NCBI GenBank assembly: GCA_035650735.1 | Contig: DASRGZ010000010.1 | Span: 1 to 39,483, forward strand | Direction of reading: 5' to 3' | Origin: Chthonomonadaceae bacterium | Lineage (GTDB): Bacteria > Armatimonadota > Chthonomonadetes > Chthonomonadales > Chthonomonadaceae | Length of the DNA: 39,483 nt | Part shown: in pieces, positions 1 to 6,768 of the stretch | Numbering within the stretch: the stretch's first letter is position 1 | How the letters are laid out: every line of letters begins with the position of its first letter | Program-made: the position numbers and the translations under genes | The notes under the pieces: generated by a model | What the model was told of the DNA's origin: nothing | Databases searched by the model: none | The model's input: the letters and a program-made list of their open reading frames with translations, nothing else

Positions 1-2
1 CG

Positions 3-533
3 CATGGCAACACGATGGCGGCGCTGGCCGTCTGCTTCAAGGAGGCGCTGACCGCAGAGTTCCGCCAGTACGCGCGCCAGATCGTCGCCAACGCCAAGGC
101 GCTGGCCCAGGCGCTCCTGGAGCGCGGCTTTGTCCTCGTTACCGGCGGCACGGACAACCATCTGATCCTGATTGATGTGATGAAGTCCCGCCATATCCCC
201 GGCAAAGCCTACGCCCGCGCGCTCTACGAGGCCGGTCTGGAGACCAACTTCAACTCTATCCCCAACGATCCACGCAAGCCCTTCTCGCCCAGCGGCCTGC
301 GCATCGGCACGCCTGCCGTGACCACGCGCGGCTTTCAGGAGCCGCAGATGGTCCAGATCGCCGACTGGATGGACCGCGTTGCCGCCGCCCGCGCCAAAGA
401 AGGCGTCCTGTACGGCAAAGATAGGGACGGAACCGAGTACCGGTTTGACGAGACGGCGCTGCGCAAGATACGCGCCGAGGTGCGCGACCTCTGCACCAGC
501 GGCCAGTTCCCCGTCCCCGGCATAGATATTTAG
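3..533 (+). CDS. glyA: Serine hydroxymethyltransferase, C-terminal part (5' truncated by window edge)
   Basis: Motifs LVTGGTDNHL, N.N.IPND and SGLRIGTPAVTTRGF; the frame is open from base 3. Confidence 0.95.
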   Translation, partial: HGNTMAALAVCFKEALTAEFRQYARQIVANAKALAQALLERGFVLVTGGTDNHLILIDVMKSRHIPGKAYARALYEAGLETNFNSIPNDPRKPFSPSGLRIGTPAVTTRGFQEPQMVQIADWMDRVAAARAKEGVLYGKDRDGTEYRFDETALRKIRAEVRDLCTSGQFPVPGIDI

Positions 534-556
534 AGCCGGACTCCCGACCTTTCTAA

Positions 557-664
557 CCTAACCCCCCGGCCCCCTTTCCTACAAGGGAAGGGGGTGACCC
601 GGCTTGGGATGGTTGTGGCCCTCACCCCCTATCCCCTCTCCCAAATACTAGGAGAGGGGGAACC
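557..664. repeat. REP-like palindromic repeats (CCCTCACCCC/CCTAACCCCC ... CCCTCTCCC-loop-GGGAGAGGGG family)
   Basis: Two hairpin units at 557-596 and 619-664; the same family recurs at 22446-22628 and 33983-34190. Confidence 0.8.
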
Positions 665-705
665 GAGAAGCCAACGCTGACTCTCCCCTCCCCTAGAATT
701 GGGGA

Positions 706-915
706 TCGCTAGGTGTCGCTAGAGGGTGTTATGCCCTTTTTTGCCTGCTTCGAGAGAGGACTTGGAGGCTGATGACCGCTTGGTACTCGCTAAAAAGCGA
801 GCCCAAAGCCTCTAATGAGCGGCTGGCCTATCTCCTCAAGAGGACCCAAGTGCATCCCACGCTCTAGGTGTCGCTAGGCGGAGGCGCCAACCATTGCAGC
901 GCCGACCCTGGCAGT
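706..915 (+). mobile_element. Short non-coding element (TCGCnAGGTGT...CCATTGyAG..CCGACCCTGGCAGT) inserted in a REP-like palindrome, itself interrupted by a MITE
   Basis: Same ends and core as 22524-22611 (+) and 34003-34099 (-). Confidence 0.65.
719..867. mobile_element. 149-bp MITE with imperfect 16-bp TIRs and a 6-bp target duplication (GTGTCG)
   Basis: CTAGAGGGTGTTATGC (719-734) vs reverse complement of 852-867 CTAGAGCGTGGGATGC, 13/16; GTGTCG at 713-718 and 868-873; equivalent empty site at 22524-22546. Confidence 0.7.
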
Positions 916-1063
916 GGGAAGGGGGTGGGGGCCTCTCTTCTTTCCCTAACGGCATTGGAATGCGCGCGACCTGGAGGGTCCCACGGGCGCATCTGAGCCT
1001 TTTGTGATAAAATGGAAACACTTTTCCCGCTTACACCGCCTAATAGCTGGTTAGCGAGGAAGG

Positions 1064-2329
1064 ATGGGGCGTATGGGCCAGGCACGCGAGGACACATTTA
1101 CAGTCGAGGCTTTCCAGGAAGCCCTGCGCCGGGGCGATCCGGCGGCCTGCCGCCGATTGGCCCAGTTGGCAGGCGAAGCCAGACAGCCGGGAGCGGCGGT
1201 CGCCACGCTGTGCGAGTTGGTCAAGCCGCCGCGCAGCCTGCGTCAGCGTTTCCGCATGCACCGTGAAGCCTGGCGCGGGGCCCGCATAGAAGCCGTCCGC
1301 GCCCTCGGCAAGATCGGCGACCGGACGGCGCTGCCCTCGCTGGCGCGTGCGCTGCTCGATTTCGATCCGCTGGTGCGCGAGGCCGCACATGCCGCCCTGC
1401 GCTCCTATGGGACTGAGATCGTCCCGTTCCTGCTGGCGCTTCTCGGAGATAAGTACGACCGTTCGCCCGAAGAGCTGAACTGGTCGCTGGAAGGCATGAA
1501 GGCGCTGCTCGCCCTCCTCGGCGCCCTGAAAGCCCGCGAGGCGACGCCGTGTCTGGTGCGCGTCCTCACCGGCAAGCTGCCCTATCCCCCCTCGCGCTGG
1601 GGCGACGGCGACGTGCAGCGCGCCTTCTACTATACGATGCTCCTGATCGTCGCCGGGGCGCTGCTCGGCTTCTCCACGAGCCCTGCCGAACTGCCGGCCC
1701 TCTTCTTCTGGACCATACTGGCCAGCCTGATCGCCTTCTTCACCATCTTCCCGCTGTTCTACCTGTTCATCTCCCTGCCCATCGGCTCGCTTCAGGAGGC
1801 GCGCGAGCGCCGTGACCTCACCCTGGTCGCCGCCGACGCGCTGGCCGGCATTCAGGACAAGCGCGCCCTGCCCGGCATCGTCGAGGCGGCGTTCGGGTCG
1901 GGCCGGAGCGTGCGTGGGTCGGCGCAATGGACTCTTCTGCATCTGCTGCCGCTGCTGGGGCCGGAGGATTTCGGGGCGCTGCCTCCTGAAACGCTGCATC
2001 GCCTGACGATAGCACTTGACCACTCCAGCCCGCGCCTGACGCTGGCTATCCTGTTGGCCCTGGAGTTCGTGGGAACCGGGCAGGCGGTCGCTCCCGTGCG
2101 GCGCTTGATGAATCGCAGCCTGGCGCCGGAGATACGCCTGGAGGCAGCGCGCATCCTTCCTATCCTGGAGGCCCGTCAGAGCCAGGAACAGGCCGCGTCC
2201 TCGCTCTTGCGCGCTGCGGGCATGCCCCCTGCCGCGCCCGAACACCTTCTGCGTCCTGCGCACGGCCCTTCCGATGCCGCACCCGAACAGCTTCTCCTTC
2301 CTGGCCATGCCCCCACCAACGGGGCCTGA
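1064..2329 (+). CDS. HEAT-repeat membrane protein with two central TM helices and C-terminal LLR(P) repeats
   Basis: HEAT-like motifs (RIEAVRALGKIGDRTALPSL, VREAAHAAL, AADALAGIQDKRAL), a hydrophobic middle and an SLLRA..HLLRP..QLLLP tail. Confidence 0.8.
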   Translation: MGRMGQAREDTFTVEAFQEALRRGDPAACRRLAQLAGEARQPGAAVATLCELVKPPRSLRQRFRMHREAWRGARIEAVRALGKIGDRTALPSLARALLDFDPLVREAAHAALRSYGTEIVPFLLALLGDKYDRSPEELNWSLEGMKALLALLGALKAREATPCLVRVLTGKLPYPPSRWGDGDVQRAFYYTMLLIVAGALLGFSTSPAELPALFFWTILASLIAFFTIFPLFYLFISLPIGSLQEARERRDLTLVAADALAGIQDKRALPGIVEAAFGSGRSVRGSAQWTLLHLLPLLGPEDFGALPPETLHRLTIALDHSSPRLTLAILLALEFVGTGQAVAPVRRLMNRSLAPEIRLEAARILPILEARQSQEQAASSLLRAAGMPPAAPEHLLRPAHGPSDAAPEQLLLPGHAPTNGA

Positions 2330-2489
2330 GGACAAAAGGAATTCGGCTCTCCTGAGGGCAAGCCCATCGGTCAGCAAGAGCGGCTCCGAGGCGTGAGGAC
2401 AAAAGGAGCCTGGTTCCCTCTCTCTACAGCCCGCAGAAAACCTCTGGCTCAGAACCCCGGCTCTATCGCGTCGCTTTCCAAATTCTCCG

Positions 2490-2518
2490 TTGACATTTTA
2501 CATGGACAGAAATATAAT
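2490..2518 (+). promoter_or_regulatory. Consensus sigma70 promoter of the Fur-family gene
   Basis: TTGACA (2490-2495), 17-bp spacer, TATAAT (2513-2518). Confidence 0.85.
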
Positions 2519-2582
2519 GCTGCTATGAGTTGATTTTCCAGTGCTTACCGCACCCGGTGAGCACATAAGGAAGCGCACCGGC

Positions 2583-3014
2583 ATGGAAACCGACAACGCC
2601 CGAATTCAGGACTTCGCACGGAAACTGGCTGCGCACGGATACCGCCTGACCCACCAGCGGCTCTGTATCCTGGAAGCCTTGCTCACTGCCGACAACCATC
2701 CCACCGCTGGCGAGATATATACCCGCGTCCGGCAGCTTTGCCCGCGCACTTCCCTGGGCACCATCTATCGCACGTTGGAGACCTTCAAGGAGATAGGGGA
2801 GGTCAGGGAGCTACAGTTCCGCGACGGCAGCAACCGCTACGACGGCATCCATCCGAGGGCGCATCCTCACGTTATCTGCACGCATTGCGGCCATATCGAA
2901 GACCTCACTCTAGAGAACCTGTATGCCCTGGAGGCGCAGGCGTCGCAAGCCTCCGGGTACCAGATTCGCGATAGCCGCGTCGAGTTCTACGGCCTTTGTA
3001 AGAACTGCCAGTAG
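2583..3014 (+). CDS. Fur-family transcriptional repressor (PerR-like)
   Basis: RLTHQR, HPTAGEIY, SLGTIYRTL, HPHVICTHCG and C-terminal GLCKNC; ATG 2583 preferred over GTG 2541. Confidence 0.9.
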   Translation: METDNARIQDFARKLAAHGYRLTHQRLCILEALLTADNHPTAGEIYTRVRQLCPRTSLGTIYRTLETFKEIGEVRELQFRDGSNRYDGIHPRAHPHVICTHCGHIEDLTLENLYALEAQASQASGYQIRDSRVEFYGLCKNCQ

Positions 3015-3059
3015 TTCGCCCACCAGGGCCGGGGTGTCTGGCAGTCTGTTTATGTCTGC

Positions 3060-3106
3060 TAATAAGAACTGTTCTCTTGTTTCTCAAAAGAGAACAGTTC
3101 TTATTA
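3060..3106. promoter_or_regulatory. Perfect 19-bp AT-rich inverted repeat (terminator or paired Fur/PerR-type operator)
   Basis: TAATAAGAACTGTTCTCTT (3060-3078), 9-nt loop, AAGAGAACAGTTCTTATTA (3088-3106). Confidence 0.55.
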
Positions 3107-3424
3107 CAGGATCGTGAGGCCGGCTTGATTCTGCTTTGTACGGCCAGGCCCCGCTCGGACCTGGTCATCCGAACTCACCGGCGACTTGCCATGCGCGCTC
3201 ATCGTCTGGCCTGCAAGCTGCCTACGCCACGCGCCTGAGCGGCGTGGCGGCTATGCCCTCTCGGTGTGGAGCGCCCCTGCGCCATGGGACAATGCTTTAG
3301 GAGCACAGCCAGCGCTTATTCTATCGGCGTGGAGCGTGAAGCGCGTCCTCTTCGCCTCCCGGCCCTGGCGCTGGGGCGACGGAGATATGGCTCCTGGTAC
3401 TCTCGGCCCGAAGGAGGTAACGTT

Positions 3425-3811
3425 ATGAAAACCGCTTTGACAGCCTTTGTGCGGGCCGTACATCTGCAAGCCCTTTGGATACGCGACTATATTGAAAGTG
3501 GCAGGCTGGACCAGGCCCGAGAGTGCGCCCTGGCCCTGCACCTGCGCGCGGCCCATGCGCTGCCCTGTCTCCGGGAAACCCTCCTGCCTGCCTCACGAGA
3601 ATCGGACACGGAGGTGCCTCTTCCGCTGCTTGGCAGCGAAAAATCCCGGGCGCTGGCCAAAGCGCTGCGCGATGCAGCCGAATGCGCCCAGGCCGTGGAT
3701 CGAGAGCGCCACATTCCTTATGCCGGCTCGTTCGGTGAATATCTTGAAAGTCTGGCCGTTTGTGTGGAGGAAGAAGTTTACGGACCGAAGGGCCTGCGCG
3801 GCCTCGAATAA
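3425..3811 (+). CDS. Hypothetical 128-aa helical protein
   Basis: Strong RBS AAGGAGGT upstream of ATG 3425, in frame with ORF 3266..3811. Confidence 0.65.
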   Translation: MKTALTAFVRAVHLQALWIRDYIESGRLDQARECALALHLRAAHALPCLRETLLPASRESDTEVPLPLLGSEKSRALAKALRDAAECAQAVDRERHIPYAGSFGEYLESLAVCVEEEVYGPKGLRGLE

Positions 3812-3992
3812 CGCCGACCCACCGCCCGAAGGGTAGAGGAATAACCCGCCGGAAACCCGAATAATCTCCTTAGCAGAAAGTAATAAGAAATCGGCAGGCC
3901 GCAGAGAACACGGTGCGCCCACGCGCGATTCAGATCCAGTCTGGCGTAGTCTAGCGGCAAAATCTGGCGGAAGGAGAGAAGAAGGCAGGAGC

Positions 3993-5009
3993 ATGGTACG
4001 AGTAGCGGTAATCGGGATGGGACCTATTGGGAATCTGCATGCCCGGATCTATCAGGAGAATCCTCTCGCCCAGTTGGTAGGCGTGTGCGATATTCAGGCG
4101 GAACGGGCTCAGGCTGCGGCTGAACGGCTGGGGGTGCCTAGCTTCCTGGATGCTTGCGAGATGTTGCAGGCTCTCCGGCCCGATATGGTCAGCGTCGCCA
4201 CCGGCGGCTATGAGTATGGCAGCGACCACTACCTGCCGACCATGCAGGCCCTGGAAGCCGGCTGCCATGTGCTCTGCGAGAAGCCCATCAGCAACGAGAT
4301 CGCCCAGGCCGAAGAGATGGTGGCGAAGGCGCGCGAGAAGAAGCTGTGTCTGGGGGTCAATTTCAACCACCGCTTCACTCCCGCCGCCCGGCTGGCCAAG
4401 CGGTGGCAAGAGGAAGGCCGTCTCGGTCATCTGCTGTTTATCAACATGGGCATGTGGATTTACAACCCGGTGGAGAGCTCGCCTTATTTCCAGCTCAAGG
4501 CCCTCCATCCCCATACGGTGGACATCATGCGCCATTTTTGCGGGGATGTCGAAGCGGTGCAGTGCTTCGCCACCAAAGCCCCAGGCCGCGCGATCTGGTC
4601 CACGGCCCAGTTTAACCTCCGCTTCAAGAACGGTGTGGTCGGTTCTCTAACCGGCAGCTACGATATCAAGCGGGGGCATCCGATGGAGCGCTGCGAGGTA
4701 GCCGGCACGGGAGGGCGTTTCGTGCTGGAAGACATGTACCGCGAAGTTACGCTCTACCCGGCGGATAGCCTGGAGAAAACCGTCTATACCAATCCCGTTT
4801 TTGGAGGGATGCAAAGCTTCGACGATACGTTCCGGAACCGGCTGCATCGTTTCCTGGAGCAGGTAGCCGAAGGGGATGATCCAGAGCAGATTGACGGCTC
4901 CGGGGCCGATGGCCTGGCAGCGCAGAAGGTGCTCGCCGCGGCCATTGAATCCCTGAACACAGAAACCGTCGTCTATGTGGACTCGCTCCGAGCAAACCAA
5001 CAGCGCTAA
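3993..5009 (+). CDS. Gfo/Idh/MocA family oxidoreductase
   Basis: VAVIGMGPIG Rossmann motif, HVLCEKP, GVNFNHRF; RBS AGGAG. Confidence 0.92.
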   Translation: MVRVAVIGMGPIGNLHARIYQENPLAQLVGVCDIQAERAQAAAERLGVPSFLDACEMLQALRPDMVSVATGGYEYGSDHYLPTMQALEAGCHVLCEKPISNEIAQAEEMVAKAREKKLCLGVNFNHRFTPAARLAKRWQEEGRLGHLLFINMGMWIYNPVESSPYFQLKALHPHTVDIMRHFCGDVEAVQCFATKAPGRAIWSTAQFNLRFKNGVVGSLTGSYDIKRGHPMERCEVAGTGGRFVLEDMYREVTLYPADSLEKTVYTNPVFGGMQSFDDTFRNRLHRFLEQVAEGDDPEQIDGSGADGLAAQKVLAAAIESLNTETVVYVDSLRANQQR

Positions 5010-5031
5010 AATTGTCTACGGAAACCCGGCT

Positions 5032-5317
5032 GCGCCCGGCCCTAAAGGACCGGGCTGCGGACGGCAAGCCCCCTGAAGGGGGCTAACCGCTCATACGCTT
5101 AAACCGCCTGTCGTCACGCGTCCGCCGCCGCCGCGCAGCCCGCCGTGCTAACCGCTCATACGCTTAAACCGCCTGGCCCACGACAGGCTCAGACGGCAAG
5201 CCCCCTGAAGGGGGCTAACCTCCCTTCTTGTAGTCCCGAGATGGGGCTAACCCGCCTCTGACAGCCCCATTTATGGGACTTGCCGCCCGCAGCCCACTCG
5301 TTTACGGGTGGGCGGCC
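5032..5317. repeat. BIME-like mosaic of REP palindromes between convergent genes
   Basis: Inverted pair 5032-5085 / 5262-5317; exact 29-bp direct repeats at 5060-5088 / 5192-5220 and 5082-5110 / 5147-5175. Confidence 0.8.
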
Positions 5318-5340
5318 AGAAGGGACCGTTTGATGGTCGC

Positions 5341-6402
5341 TCAGGCATCCGGCGTGGCGAAGTGGCAGGCGGCGAAGTGGCCGTTGCCGAGCGCGCGCAG
5401 CGGTGGGACTTCGCGGGCGCAAATGTCGGCGGCCAGAGGGCAGCGGGTGCGGAAGCGGCAGCCGGAGGGGATTTTGACCGGGCTGGGCATGTCGCCTTCC
5501 AGCGGGCGGCGTTCCCGACGCCGGGCCGGGTCGGCCACCGGGACGGAGGCAAGCAGCGCCTGCGTGTAAGGGTGCTTTGGAAAGGCAAACACGCGGTCGG
5601 CAGGCCCCTGCTCCACGATAATTCCCAGGTACATCACGGCCACCCGGTCGCAGATGTGCCGGACGACGGAGAGGTCGTGGGCAATGAAAAGGTAGGCGAG
5701 GCCGCGCTGCGTCTGCAACTCCTCCAGCAGGTTGAGTATCTGGGCGCGGATAGAGATGTCGAGCGCCGAGATCGGCTCATCGAGGATAAGCAGTTGGGGG
5801 TCGGTGGCGATGGCGCGGGCGATGCCGATCCGCTGCCGCTGCCCGCCCGAGAACTCGTGGGGATAGCGCGTGACGAAGTCAGGCCGCAGGCCGACCGCCT
5901 CCAACAGTGCCCGGGCGCGCTGCCAGCGTTCCCGCCGCGTGGATCGAGAGCGCCCGGCGGAGCCGTCGCGCCCGTGCGCGTGCAGCGGCTCGGAGACGAT
6001 GTCGCCGACCATCATGCGCGGGTCGAGGGCGGCGAACGGGTCCTGGAAGACGATACCCATGTGACGCCGCAGTTGGCGCAGCGCCTCGCCTTGCAGGGTC
6101 CTAATATCCACGCCGTCGAGTCGAATAGTTCCCGCCGTCGGCTCGATCAGGCGCAGGATGGCCCGTCCCGCCGTGCTCTTGCCGCAGCCGCTCTCGCCGA
6201 CCAGCCCGAGCGTCTCGCCCCGGTGAAGGGTCAGATCAATGCCGTCCACGGCATGAACCGTTTCGCGCACGGAGCGCCAGCTTTCCCACCGCGTCACCAC
6301 AAAATGCTTGACCAGCCCGCGCACTTCCAGCAGCGGCTCCGTCTGCGAGCAGGGGCCGCCCATTAATCCCACGGTCTCACTTTCAATCGGTTGCTTATTC
6401 AT
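5341..6402 (-). CDS. Oligopeptide/dipeptide ABC transporter ATP-binding protein (OppF/AppF-like)
   Basis: [32 protein letters not shown] and GCRFRTRCP...ACH. Confidence 0.95.
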   Translation of the reverse strand: MNKQPIESETVGLMGGPCSQTEPLLEVRGLVKHFVVTRWESWRSVRETVHAVDGIDLTLHRGETLGLVGESGCGKSTAGRAILRLIEPTAGTIRLDGVDIRTLQGEALRQLRRHMGIVFQDPFAALDPRMMVGDIVSEPLHAHGRDGSAGRSRSTRRERWQRARALLEAVGLRPDFVTRYPHEFSGGQRQRIGIARAIATDPQLLILDEPISALDISIRAQILNLLEELQTQRGLAYLFIAHDLSVVRHICDRVAVMYLGIIVEQGPADRVFAFPKHPYTQALLASVPVADPARRRERRPLEGDMPSPVKIPSGCRFRTRCPLAADICAREVPPLRALGNGHFAACHFATPDA

Positions 6403-6484
6403 TTGCCGAAAGCAGCTTCTCTTTTAACGTTCCGCGAATAGATCGGTGTCTTGGCACGTAGTATATTTAACAGTGATAATCGGC

Positions 6485-6592
6485 CTTGCAACGGGTATTA
6501 ATATAGTACCGACACTGCCCCGCCGAGGCTGCGGGCATGGAGGTAGTCTATCAGAGCTTGCAACGGGTATTAATATAGTACCGACACTGCCC
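6485..6592. CRISPR. Candidate orphan mini-array: two identical 36-bp repeats and one 36-bp spacer (alternatively a duplicated promoter)
   Basis: CTTGCAACGGGTATTAATATAGTACCGACACTGCCC at 6485-6520 and 6557-6592; no cas gene in window. Confidence 0.35.
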
Positions 6593-6674
6593 GGTAATCC
6601 CTCCCAACGGTGTTGACGTATCTCCTCAGCAGCAGGCTGCGTGAGATTGATCCACACGGCTGGGAGTGTCTACC
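6593..6674. mobile_element. 82-bp MITE with IS1-like ends, copy 1
   Basis: GGTAATCCCTCCCAAC...GCTGGGAGTGTCTACC; 8-bp TSD CACTGCCC (6585-6592 / 6675-6682); 81/82 identical to 10425-10506. Confidence 0.85.
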
Positions 6675-6768
6675 CACTGCCCCGCATGGGCATCGATCCT
6701 TAGCCGCGTCATGCGGCGAGATCGCTTCCGCGGCCGTCCGCCCGGCCACTCTCCTGGGAGGTAGAGAC

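Noticed and set aside
1040..2377. 445-aa minus-strand ORF
   Set aside because: Antisense shadow of the HEAT-repeat gene in GC-rich DNA; no motifs
3060..3106. LexA (Cheo) box
   Set aside because: The dyad is GAAC-N1-GTTC, not GAAC-N4-GTTC
5308..6366. 352-aa plus-strand ORF
   Set aside because: Typical antisense shadow of an ABC ATPase
6421..6456. Possible degenerate third CRISPR repeat (CTTTTAACG...)
   Set aside because: Only the first 9 nt resemble the repeat and the spacing (64 bp) breaks the 72-bp period
6424..6657. Small ORFs MWINLTQPAAEEIR... here and at 10271..10489
   Set aside because: The similarity comes entirely from the shared 82-bp MITE; the sequences diverge at its edge
6593..6674. 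82-bp hairpin as an integron attC site or riboswitch
   Set aside because: It lacks paired AAC/GTT core sites (one side is GCT), does not follow cassette stop codons, and distinct 8-bp TSDs favour a MITE
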